Positions 49,588 to 58,178 of a stretch of 64,000 bases of DNA are shown here, one piece after another; within the stretch, counting starts at the first letter, position 1; every line of letters begins with the position of its first letter. The position numbers and the translations under genes are program-made. Source of the DNA: Candidatus Moraniibacteriota bacterium. Lineage in GTDB: Bacteria; Patescibacteriota; Minisyncoccia; Moranbacterales; UBA1568. The stretch is taken from assembly GCA_013336285.1 (NCBI GenBank), contig JAAXTX010000003.1:3448-67447 (forward strand), read 5' to 3'. Under the pieces are notes generated by a model, which had not been told where the DNA came from, ran no database searches, and saw only the letters and a program-made list of their open reading frames with translations.

Positions 49588-50334
49588 ATGGCACTCTGTC
49601 TTTCATTCATATCGGGTTTACTCACGGCCGCAATCGTTCTGTATCTTTTCGATATCGCGCGAAAGATATCCAAAGCGAAGAAAAGACTAGCGGACGTTCC
49701 CGGGACGGTCACTTCAAATGACCTCCTGTCATCGTACGACTGTCTGGAAAACATTTTGCGAATGGTTCCGAAATCGCTTCGTTATCGCCCTCCATTCAGT
49801 GATATAGCTCGACTGGAAAACAAGCTGGCGGACTGGCACAGGGTGCTGTTCATACAAGAAATGGAGTCGGGAATCATCATGAGCGTAGCGACAGCCGGGT
49901 TCCTACTTGAAGCGGCTGAAACGTGGTATTCCGTCCTCTCGAAGGAAATCGTCTTCGATGACCCGAAGGCCTTCAAGATGTGGATGAATTTCCGGACGAG
50001 AAGAATAGCGACTCTCTCATTTGTCGTCATGCACCTGATCGATTGGTACGACTACAATATGGACGATCTCAGACATCAGTCCGTGTATTGGACCAAGATA
50101 AGAGAATTGATCGGGGAATCTTCCGGAAAGAGCGTATTATCCGGAATCAATGAGCGACAACTTGCCGGAACGAAAGTAATCGCAAGTGCCTGCCGTCTCA
50201 AAGACATACTGATGTCAGGTACGGACGAACCCCACGACGATGCCGTCATCACGGCAATCAAGGAACTTGCTACCGAATCAAGACGCGCCTATGATATGGC
50301 TTGGAAAAATCAGAAGACCCTCGGACGTGAATGA
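49588..50334 (+). CDS. Hypothetical protein with N-terminal TM
   Basis: AAGGA RBS, upstream TTGACA (49520), its own terminator. Confidence 0.7.
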   Translation: MALCLSFISGLLTAAIVLYLFDIARKISKAKKRLADVPGTVTSNDLLSSYDCLENILRMVPKSLRYRPPFSDIARLENKLADWHRVLFIQEMESGIIMSVATAGFLLEAAETWYSVLSKEIVFDDPKAFKMWMNFRTRRIATLSFVVMHLIDWYDYNMDDLRHQSVYWTKIRELIGESSGKSVLSGINERQLAGTKVIASACRLKDILMSGTDEPHDDAVITAIKELATESRRAYDMAWKNQKTLGRE

Positions 50335-50350
50335 CGTCCGAGGGTTTTTT
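50316..50350 (+). terminator. Intrinsic terminator
   Basis: ACCCTCGGACGT / ACGTCCGAGGGT 12-bp stem plus T run. Confidence 0.8.
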
Positions 50351-50359
50351 CGTATCGGA

Positions 50360-50716
50360 TCACTCTTTCTCCCCGCCGACATGATCGAGAATCCCATGGA
50401 TGATCGAACTCGTGACGGACATCACGAGCGAGCCGAGAAGCGCCGCACCGAAACCGGCGACCTCGAACCCCTGGATCACGCCACCGAGCCATGCGAAAAG
50501 CGCGGCATTGATCACGAAGATGAACAGACCGAACGTTATGATCGTTACCGGAAGCGTGAGTATGACCAATATGGGTCGTACGAACAGACCCAGAATACCC
50601 CAGACGGCCGCGAGTAGGATCGCTGTCATGAAACCGTCCACGTGTACGCCTGGCACGAATCTGGCCGTGACGAAGAATCCGAGAGCCACCGCGAACCATC
50701 TGATGATGAGTTTCAT
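50360..50716 (-). CDS. 4-TM 'phage holin superfamily IV' / YvlD-like membrane protein
   Basis: VPGVHVDGF, VRPIL.ILTLP.TIITFGLF.FVINA, GFEVAGFG.ALLGS. Confidence 0.88.
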   Translation of the reverse strand: MKLIIRWFAVALGFFVTARFVPGVHVDGFMTAILLAAVWGILGLFVRPILVILTLPVTIITFGLFIFVINAALFAWLGGVIQGFEVAGFGAALLGSLVMSVTSSIIHGILDHVGGEKE

Positions 50717-50879
50717 ACGAATGAATGACAATTTTTTTTCGTCCCCGCGCCCCGAATCTATCATTTTTGCCGCACTCTTTCAAGCCTCATACCGGTCCGA
50801 TATCGCGTCCGATCCGCCACATTTTATGTGATGATTGTTCCTCACATGTCTGAACCGGGCGAAACGTATAACGAATGTT

Positions 50880-51446
50880 TCACGCGGGACAGGATTCCTT
50901 CTCGGGATGTCTCTGCTTCAGGGAGAATCGGCAACCGCAGTAATCCTGACGATAGATGCCTCGCTCGGCTATCATCTTCTTGCCGAGCTCCTGACGTCCT
51001 CCTTTTTTCCAGTCTTCACCGCAGTAGCGGACACCGAACCGTTCAGCGGCTTCCATGCCGATCGCGTCGATGATATCGGCGCGTTTATTGCGACCGCTCG
51101 AAAGAGTGGTTCCGAATACGGAAAATCCGAGTTCCAAGGCCGTTTCGGCCGTACGAAACAGCCTGTATCGGAAACAGACGGGGCAACGCCTCCCTCCTTC
51201 TTTTTCCTTTTCCAATCCCTTGACCTCTTCCTCCCATGCCGACGCGTCATAATCCTCATCGATCATCGGAATTCCCCATTCACCGCACACGCGTACCACT
51301 TCACTTTTGCGCTTCTGATATTCCGTTTCGGGAAATATGTTCGGATTATAAAACAGCACCCAGAGATCGTATGACGATCTGAGTCCGTCGATCACCGCGA
51401 TTCCGCATGGCGCGCAGCATACATGAAGCAGGAATCTTTCCTTCAT
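50880..51446 (-). CDS. queH: Epoxyqueuosine reductase QueH
   Basis: LLHVCCAPC, FYNPNI, EGGRRCPVCF..RL, YRQDYCGC.FS. Confidence 0.93.
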   Translation of the reverse strand: MKERFLLHVCCAPCGIAVIDGLRSSYDLWVLFYNPNIFPETEYQKRKSEVVRVCGEWGIPMIDEDYDASAWEEEVKGLEKEKEGGRRCPVCFRYRLFRTAETALELGFSVFGTTLSSGRNKRADIIDAIGMEAAERFGVRYCGEDWKKGGRQELGKKMIAERGIYRQDYCGCRFSLKQRHPEKESCPA

Positions 51447-51479
51447 AACAACAGATGAGCGATACCCTGTCGCGACCGT

Positions 51480-52904
51480 CTAATTCCTCCGGCGGGCGAT
51501 CAGGGAACGGGCCGTCCTGAAACAGATATTGATATCAAGCCATATCGACCAGTTCTCGATGTAGTAGACATCAAGACGATATTCATCCTCGAAAGGCAGA
51601 TCTGAGCGGCCGGAAACCTGAGCCAAGCCGGTAAGTCCGGGTTTTATAGTGAGAAGACGTCGATGATATTCACGGTACTTCTCGACCTCGCGCTTCTGAT
51701 GCGGGCGCGGACCGACAAGACTCATCTCCCCGCGGAACACGTTTAAGAACTGCGGGAGCTCGTCGATCGAATATTTTTCGATGAAAGCACCTACCTTGGT
51801 CTTCCTGGGATCATCCTTTATCTTGTAGAGCGGCCCCTTGCGGACGCTGCGCTCCTCGATGAGTTGTTTCTCGAACGCGAGGGCCCCTTCGAAATCCGGA
51901 TTGTCATGCGTGACGCAATACTTCCACTTCATATAGCGGAACTTGTACACCATGAATTTCTTCCCGTTCTCACCGATACGTTCGTTCTTGTATACGATCG
52001 GCCCCGATCCGTCCTCGATCTTGATGAGCAGCGCGACGATCGCCATGACCGGCGAAAACAGGACTATGAACACCGCTGAAGCTACGACGTCAAAGATCCT
52101 TTTCAACACCCGACCCCAGCCATCGAGCGGCGTATGAAGGAAGCGGATCATCGGCTCCCCGTTGAACACTTCAAGCTGGAACCGCGATGTCTGCAACGTC
52201 GTCGGCAGGTATTTGAATGAGATATCGTGAATCTGGCAGTAGTCGAGTATCTTCTCCTGTTCATCGTCGGTGATCGACTGGTCGCAGACAATGATTTCGT
52301 CGATTCCCTTCTCCTCGCGTATCGCATCGATCCGATGCAGGCTGGCCGTCTCCATTATATCCACGACATTGTAGCCGAGTTCCGGATGTTTCGTGAACAT
52401 CTTCGCGAAGCGCCGGACACGACCGTTCACTCCGATCAGAAGCACCCGGTACGCGCCGACTCCCTTCCTTATGAGATAGTACCGTTGTATTTTTCGAAGC
52501 AGGAACCGTGCGAGCGATACATACGCGGTCGCCACGAACCACCCGGCAAGGATGATAAATCGGGACGAAAACCAGTCCCGTTCGAGGAAGACCGCTATGA
52601 TGATGACCACGATGCCGAGCGAAGTCGCCCGGAACACCATCAGCGCTTCCTCCCAGGAACGACGTGGCGATCTGATCACATACAGCCGTTCGATCGCATA
52701 TACTATGAGAAAAAACGGCGCGACGATAAGCGACATCTCGAAAAAACGATCGTAGGTCATCGAATAGACCTTCGGATTGATGATATCGGAATATTGCGGA
52801 AGGAGATCGCGAAGAACGTACACTGAAGAAGCCGCGAGGACAAGCATGATATAGTCCACCGGCACTTGAAGCACGCTCCAGAATAATTCCGATCGCTTCA
52901 TCAT
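51480..52904 (-). CDS. Undecaprenyl-phosphate glycosylphosphotransferase (WcaJ/WbaP-like)
   Basis: [41 protein letters not shown]. Confidence 0.93.
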   Translation of the reverse strand: MMKRSELFWSVLQVPVDYIMLVLAASSVYVLRDLLPQYSDIINPKVYSMTYDRFFEMSLIVAPFFLIVYAIERLYVIRSPRRSWEEALMVFRATSLGIVVIIIAVFLERDWFSSRFIILAGWFVATAYVSLARFLLRKIQRYYLIRKGVGAYRVLLIGVNGRVRRFAKMFTKHPELGYNVVDIMETASLHRIDAIREEKGIDEIIVCDQSITDDEQEKILDYCQIHDISFKYLPTTLQTSRFQLEVFNGEPMIRFLHTPLDGWGRVLKRIFDVVASAVFIVLFSPVMAIVALLIKIEDGSGPIVYKNERIGENGKKFMVYKFRYMKWKYCVTHDNPDFEGALAFEKQLIEERSVRKGPLYKIKDDPRKTKVGAFIEKYSIDELPQFLNVFRGEMSLVGPRPHQKREVEKYREYHRRLLTIKPGLTGLAQVSGRSDLPFEDEYRLDVYYIENWSIWLDINICFRTARSLIARRRN

Positions 52905-52947
52905 AATATGAAGATATTGTAGGTCGGTTTCCCGATCCTTCGTCCCC

Positions 52948-53360
52948 GAAACAGGCTCATAAGCCGGATTCTGTTAGGAGCCGAGGCTCCCGATCCATCA
53001 TTTGTCTGGGACCGCCGTTACCGACGGCCTCGTGCGGCACTCCCTGACTTGCGTCGGGGCACGGCCTTGCACACGGATAAGGGTTTAGCCGTTTCACCCC
53101 GCATGTCACCATGCGGACTCGCCCCGACGAATCGGGGCGCCCTGCCCTTTCGGGCACAGAGCCTGTCTTCAAAAGTCTCTTTCGTGTAGAAAAAGGACTT
53201 TTGAAGACAGGCTCTTAGGCGTCTCTGCTCGCACCTCGCGCCTCGCGGCGGACGGGCGTTACCCGCTACCTTTTCCTCCGACTTGCGCCGGAATCGTGTG
53301 TCCGGACTTTCCTCCCCGCCAGCCACAAATGGCTGCCGAAGCGATGGCCCGGCCTGTTTC
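52948..53360 (-). ncRNA. rnpB: RNase P RNA (class A-like)
   Basis: Minus strand: 5' GAAACAGGC pairs with 3' GCCTGTTTC (P1); GAGGAAAGTCCGG (P4 5'), ACAGAATCCGGCTTA (P4 3'), GGCTAAACCC, GTGCAAG. Confidence 0.95.
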
Positions 53361-53499
53361 AGGAATGAAGGAACACGAAAAAAAGCCCTCCGGATACGGC
53401 TTCGTTATATCACGGAACACAATGTATGTCAATTAATGGCTTTTATAAGCCATTATAAATGTAACGGGCATCCGTCTTTTCGGCAAATGACTCACGGAC

Positions 53500-55863
53500 T
53501 TATGACGATAATCTGGCGGAATACGCCCGGCCGATTTTCGCGATGATACCTTCGATCTCCCTCTCGATCTCCTCACTCGTGACAGATCGGTCATCCCGTC
53601 CGAACGACAGATGGAATGCGACATTCTTTTCTTCCCCTTTCGCATAGATATCGAACACGTCCGACTCACGAAGAAGAAGGGACGCCCCCCGTATTGCCTT
53701 CCCCAGATCGCCGACATTCACCTTACTTGAAACGGTGAGGGACAGATCGCGAATCGCGTACGGGAACTTCGGCAGAGTACGATACGTCCGTACCGTCTCG
53801 AACGCAGAACGAAGCACGTCGAAAGAAAATTGCGCGGACACGACGGATCCGCGAAGTCCGTATGCCTCCGCGATGAAAGGGGCGATTTCACCTGCCACGC
53901 CAAGCATGTCGTCGCCCAACGAAATCACGGCCGTCCGCGTCGGATGAAACAGGGAGTTGATTCCAGTCGCCCCGCCTTCCGGAAGAGGCGACCATGCGAT
54001 CTCACTGAGATTGGAGAACCTGAACATCTTCCCAAGCGAACCTTTGAGCGTTTTGAACCCGTCCTCACCCTTCCTCGTGACGAGTATCATGGACAGCATC
54101 CGTTCCTCGACCGGTTTGCCGTCCTCGCCGATAAGATATCGGTCACCGAGCTCGAAGAATCGGAATGATTCGAGATATCGAAGATTCTCTTTTGCTTTGC
54201 GAAGTGCGGTCGGCAACAGACTCACCCGAAGCATAGCCTGGTCGGGATTCATCGGATTCGCGAGACGCAGATGTCTCGCGAAGAGTCCCTCGCCGAACCG
54301 TTTCGCATCCGACTCGGAATAGAACGAGTACGTAGTGATCTCATCCCAACCCGACGCCGCGAGAAAATTTCGCAGTTCGCGTCCGAACCTGAATGATTCG
54401 TTCACTGCCGGCGCCGACATCGGCAAAGCGGGCACCACCGGCGGGAATCCGTCATATCCGATAATGCGTCCCACCTCTTCCGCGAAATCCCACCCGTCGC
54501 GAAGATCCGGACGGAACGTCGGCACGACCGCGATCCATTCGTCGCCGTCATCGGAAACGTCGATGCCGAGACACTCGAGCTTCTCTTTCGCATCCGGGAG
54601 CGAAATCCCGGTCCCGAACATGTTCCGGAAGACCGAGGACGGGAAACGGACGGTAACCGGCTCATCCGAACGGGTTACCATATCAGTCGCACCCGAAACA
54701 GTCGCTCCCGCATCGGACGAAAAAATCCGTATCGCATCGATCGCGGCGTCCGTCGCGCGGTCGGTATCCACGTTTCGTTCGAACCGATACGATGCGTCGG
54801 TAGGCATCCTGTGTCTCGCGGCCGTCTTACGGATCGATGACGGATCGAACGACGCTATCTCAAGAAATACGCGGTTCGTCGTCACGCTGATTCCCGACCG
54901 ACTCCCGCCCATGACACCGGCAAGGGCGAGGGGACGTTTCGTATCGGCGATGACGAGATCTTCGGAACAAAGGGAGATTTTCGAGCCGTCGAGTAATTCC
55001 AACGTCTCTCCCTCGGACGCCAGTCGCACGACGATTCCTCCGGACACGATATCCGCATCGAACGCGTGCATCGGTTGGCCGTGAAGGAGCATCAGGTAGT
55101 TGGTGACATCGACCGCCATGTTTATCGGACGAAGTCCGGACCGGATCAAAGCCGATCGCATCCGAAGCGAAGATTTCCCCGTAACGACACCGTCGATCAA
55201 GATACCAAAATATCGCCGACATCGGTCGGATTCGATCGAAACGGTCACAGTGGAATCCGGAAGCGCGGTCAACGGCGATCTTTCGTCGTCGAACGAAAGA
55301 CGACGACCTTCGAGCGCCGCTATCTCACGCGCGAGCCCGCGGTACGAGACGGCATCGCATCCGCGATTCGGAAGCACGTTCACATCGAGAATCGCATCCG
55401 CGAGTCCCGCATATTCCGCGAAGGACATGCCAAGCGGAGCGTCTTCGGGAAGCACAAGGATACCCTCGTGCTCCGATCCGAGACCGAGTTCATCCTCCGC
55501 ACAGATCATCCCCGACGACGCGACACCGCGTATCTTCGACTCTTTGATTTCGATACCGCCGGGAAGCTTCGCGCCCGGGAGTGCCACGGCGACATACTGT
55601 CCCACGGCGACGTTCGGCGCGCCGCACACGATCGTGCGGGCCGGCTCCCCTTCCGTAACCGTCACCGTCGTCACCCGCAGCCGATCCGCATCGGGATGCG
55701 GCTGTACCGTCTCCACACGGCCGATCACGACTTTTTCAAGCCCGTGCACGAACGATTCGACGGACTCCACCTCGAACGCATGGAACATGATGAGTTCCCC
55801 GAGTTCTTTCGGGGTTTTCTCCGTCTTCGACAATTCCTTCAGCCAATTATAGGAAAATTTCAT
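53500..55863 (-). CDS. pheT: Phenylalanine--tRNA ligase beta subunit
   Basis: MKFSYNWL, HPDADRL, IVCGAPN, S.GMICAEDELG, PNRG, FERNVD, EEVGRIIGY, FHPTR, KFP..RDL. Confidence 0.96.
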   Translation of the reverse strand: MKFSYNWLKELSKTEKTPKELGELIMFHAFEVESVESFVHGLEKVVIGRVETVQPHPDADRLRVTTVTVTEGEPARTIVCGAPNVAVGQYVAVALPGAKLPGGIEIKESKIRGVASSGMICAEDELGLGSEHEGILVLPEDAPLGMSFAEYAGLADAILDVNVLPNRGCDAVSYRGLAREIAALEGRRLSFDDERSPLTALPDSTVTVSIESDRCRRYFGILIDGVVTGKSSLRMRSALIRSGLRPINMAVDVTNYLMLLHGQPMHAFDADIVSGGIVVRLASEGETLELLDGSKISLCSEDLVIADTKRPLALAGVMGGSRSGISVTTNRVFLEIASFDPSSIRKTAARHRMPTDASYRFERNVDTDRATDAAIDAIRIFSSDAGATVSGATDMVTRSDEPVTVRFPSSVFRNMFGTGISLPDAKEKLECLGIDVSDDGDEWIAVVPTFRPDLRDGWDFAEEVGRIIGYDGFPPVVPALPMSAPAVNESFRFGRELRNFLAASGWDEITTYSFYSESDAKRFGEGLFARHLRLANPMNPDQAMLRVSLLPTALRKAKENLRYLESFRFFELGDRYLIGEDGKPVEERMLSMILVTRKGEDGFKTLKGSLGKMFRFSNLSEIAWSPLPEGGATGINSLFHPTRTAVISLGDDMLGVAGEIAPFIAEAYGLRGSVVSAQFSFDVLRSAFETVRTYRTLPKFPYAIRDLSLTVSSKVNVGDLGKAIRGASLLLRESDVFDIYAKGEEKNVAFHLSFGRDDRSVTSEEIEREIEGIIAKIGRAYSARLSS

Positions 55864-55869
55864 ATTGAT

Positions 55870-55914
55870 AGCTTCGCAAGCTTCATTAAGCTTCATTAAG
55901 CTTCCAGAGCTTTT
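55870..55914. repeat. 10-bp-period AAGCTTC repeat tract (downstream flank of four-helix-bundle gene)
   Basis: agcttcgc-aagcttcatt-aagcttcatt-aagcttcca-gagctttt. Confidence 0.8.
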
Positions 55915-56277
55915 TCAGATTTCGGATTAAGTTTTTGAATCATGCTCCGTAGCATACGTTCAACTTCGAGTATCAGGCCGCTTATCTTTTCATAATTCAA
56001 ATCTTTTGTCCTCGGAAGTAACTTTGCGATTTCCATCTGCGTTTCCAATTCTCCCGTCGAACCGAGTGCTGTCCTCAGGAATTGAACAAATTCTTTCTTC
56101 GTCCCACGATGCCTCCCTTCGGCGATATTCGATGGAACGGAGACCGCTGCCCGACGCATCTACGATACCAACCCATATATTTCTTCTTCGGGAAAACCTT
56201 CCGTCACCGCATACGTTTCAGCGACCAATTCCATCGCTCTTTGCCATACGATCAATTCCTTATTAACTGTGTATCAT
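55896..56277 (-). pseudogene. Four-helix-bundle (23S rRNA IVP / S23-like) protein, disrupted
   Basis: Reconstructs as MIHS[Y]KELIVWQRAMELVAETYAVTEGFPEEEIYGLVS*MRRAAVSVPSNIAEG; one extra base near 56263 and TAG at 56160-56162 in place of the usual Gln. Confidence 0.85.
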
Positions 56278-56282
56278 AGTTG

Positions 56283-56350
56283 CAGCTTCTTAAGCTTCGT
56301 CAAGCTTCTTTCGGAAAGCTTTCGCAGCTCGTGAAGCTTCTGCGGCTTCG
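56283..56350. repeat. AAGCTTC-type repeat tract (upstream flank of four-helix-bundle gene)
   Basis: About 7 (A/C)AGCTTC-like units, mostly 9-10 bp apart, between the pheS stop and the pseudogene start. Confidence 0.75.
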
Positions 56351-56351
56351 G

Positions 56352-57389
56352 TCAGAACTGACGTATGAATCGCAAATCGCCACTCATGAACATGCGGGTG
56401 TCGGGAATGCGGTATTTCATCATCGCCAAACGTTCCAAGCCAAAGCCCCATGCGAATCCCTGATACTGCCCTCGCGGATATCCGGCCGCCTCGAACACTT
56501 TCTGTTGGACCATACCCGCTCCCCCGACCTCGATCCAGCCCACCCCCTTGCACGAGGAACAACCATTCCCGCCACAGAACACGCACGAGATATCGAACTC
56601 GAATCCCGGTTCGACAAACGGGAAATAACTCGGTCGCAGGCGGACCGAAACCTTCCTTCCGAAAAACGCCTCGAAGAACGTCTCGCCGAGCTGTTTGAAA
56701 TGTCCGACGGTCAGGTCGCCAGCCTCTCCGACCACCAGGCTCTCGAATTGATGAAAGGTATGCTCGTGCGTCGCGTCGGTGGATTCGTTACGAAAGGTGC
56801 GCCCCGGAACGATGATGCGGAACGGGGGCGTATGCGTTTCCATGTAGCGGATCTGTACCGGGGAAGTGTGTGTCCGAAGCACATAACGCGTATCCAGGCC
56901 CTCGCTGTCGATCCAGAACGTGTCCTGCATGTCGCGCGCCGGATGATCGGCCGGAAAGTTAAGCGCCTCGAAATTATAAAACTCGGTCTCGAGCTCCGGA
57001 CCTTCGGGAATTTCGAAGCCAAGACGGGTGAAGATATCCCCGAGTTCCCCGATTATCAACGAGATCGGGTGAAGATGGCCGAGCGGATCGTTCGCGCCCG
57101 GTGCGGTCACGTCAATACGCTCCGCTTCCCAATCACGACCTTCTCGCGCGACACGCTCTTTCGCGGACGAAAACGCTTCCATGAGTGCCATGCGCACTCC
57201 CTGTACTGCCGGCCCCACTTCGCGCTTCTCATCGGCCGAAAGGTCCTTAAGTCCTTTCAGGATACCGGTAAGCTCGCTTTTACGGCCGAAGTATCTTACC
57301 TCGAGCTCCCGGAGTTCTTCCTCGGAACCGGCCTCGGGAAACGCCTTCTTTCCTTCCTTTTCGATTTCTTGAATCCGTTCGGTAGCCAT
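56352..57389 (-). CDS. pheS: Phenylalanine--tRNA ligase alpha subunit
   Basis: GHLHP, NFEALN.P.DHPAR.MQDTF, LRTHTSPVQ, RPSYFPFVEP, GFAWGFGLERLAM. Confidence 0.97.
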   Translation of the reverse strand: MATERIQEIEKEGKKAFPEAGSEEELRELEVRYFGRKSELTGILKGLKDLSADEKREVGPAVQGVRMALMEAFSSAKERVAREGRDWEAERIDVTAPGANDPLGHLHPISLIIGELGDIFTRLGFEIPEGPELETEFYNFEALNFPADHPARDMQDTFWIDSEGLDTRYVLRTHTSPVQIRYMETHTPPFRIIVPGRTFRNESTDATHEHTFHQFESLVVGEAGDLTVGHFKQLGETFFEAFFGRKVSVRLRPSYFPFVEPGFEFDISCVFCGGNGCSSCKGVGWIEVGGAGMVQQKVFEAAGYPRGQYQGFAWGFGLERLAMMKYRIPDTRMFMSGDLRFIRQF

Positions 57390-57641
57390 AATGAATAGGC
57401 GTTAAAACGCTTCAATAATACCACTATCAGTAAACAATGAGCAAATAACAGGGAACAAAAGCAGACAAAAAAATGCAGACGACGGCCAACGGAGACCGAG
57501 GATCGGAATCTGGGTCTCTATTTTCCGTTTAACTACCGCTCAACACCTGCAGTTTCGCTAACTATTGCACATTGATCCCTGCCCTCTACAATTTTGTCTT
57601 TCCTGTCTCTGACTTTATAGATCTTATGACTTTCGACTTTA

Positions 57642-57670
57642 TAGACCGTTCCTTGTCCCTGTGCTATACT
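57642..57670 (+). promoter_or_regulatory. Sigma70-type promoter (extended -10)
   Basis: TAGACC-17 bp-TATACT with a TGn extension; overlapped by a GACTTTATAGA direct repeat (57611, 57635). Confidence 0.55.
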
Positions 57671-57676
57671 GTCTTT

Positions 57677-57798
57677 GAAAACCTCCAGAACGAGGCGTTG
57701 AATACAATGGAACCCACCTGGCATCCAGGGAAAAGTAATTTTTTCCTACAACCGCTTTTCATGGGATCCATATGCGCCTCCGCATTGGGGGTTTTTCT
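57677..57798 (+). ncRNA. Putative structured small RNA (about 120 nt, rod-like)
   Basis: Nested complementarity AAAACCTCCA/TGGGGGTTTT, GAGGCG/CGCCTC, ATGGAACCCA/TGGGATCCAT, GAAAAG/CTTTTC; promoter upstream, U tract at the end. Confidence 0.5.
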
Positions 57799-57938
57799 TA
57801 TCCAAAAAATTGCGTTCCATACGGCCTCCGCAACGGGGTTTTTCTTATCCAAAAAATTGCGTTCCATACGGCCTCCGCAACGGGGTTTTTCTTATCCAAA
57901 AAATTGCGCTCCATACGGCCTCCGCAACGGGGTTTTTC
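57768..57938 (+). repeat. Tandem 47-bp repeat, about 3.6 copies
   Basis: CCATACGGCCTCCGCAACGGGGTTTTTCTTATCCAAAAAATTGCGTT starting at 57817, 57864 and 57911 (partial); variant first copy at 57768. Confidence 0.95.
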
Positions 57939-58140
57939 ATTGCAAGAACACGGTCCAATATTCATATCGTGGGAATCCGGGCAACTCTTCCTGTCCGGGC
58001 CACCAGTGATCGCAAAAACGATCCCAGCAAGGACGGAAGACCTGTTTCTTTCTGAAAAAATATCATCGGTTCTTTTGACGGCCCAGATATGCGGCTTCGA
58101 CTATAAATACACGCCATGGCTTCACCGGGTTTTAAGAGAT

Positions 58141-58175
58141 AAAGAAAACGGGCACGTTATTTTCGTGCCCGCCGT
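58141..58175 (-). terminator. Intrinsic terminator after the vWA gene
   Basis: CGGGCACG / CGTGCCCG stem followed by TTTTCTTT on the minus strand. Confidence 0.75.
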
Positions 58176-58178
58176 TTT

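Noticed and set aside
50360-50716. Prophage inferred from the holin-family gene
   Set aside because: The YvlD-like family is commonly chromosomal and there are no phage structural genes or integrase nearby.
56160-56162. TAG recoding or alternative genetic code
   Set aside because: TAG, TGA and TAA all end intact genes elsewhere in the window, and the same gene also has a frameshift, so decay is the simpler explanation.
55896-56277. Diversity-generating retroelement (Avd-like gene)
   Set aside because: No reverse transcriptase or TR/VR pair seen in the window.
57390-57640. T-box riboswitch upstream of pheS
   Set aside because: No T-box consensus (AGGGTGGNACCGCG-like) or specifier stem recognised on the minus strand.
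57677-57798. SRP (4.5S) RNA or tRNA identity for the structured RNA
   Set aside because: It lacks the GNRA tetraloop with flanking CAGG/AGCAG motif and has no cloverleaf or T-loop.
57768-57938. CRISPR array
   Set aside because: The units are contiguous near-identical 47-mers with no unique spacers, and there are no cas genes in the window.
57965-58005. tRNA-like 3' end (…CCGGGCCACCA)
   Set aside because: No GTTCRA T-loop and no matching acceptor 5' strand; probably chance.
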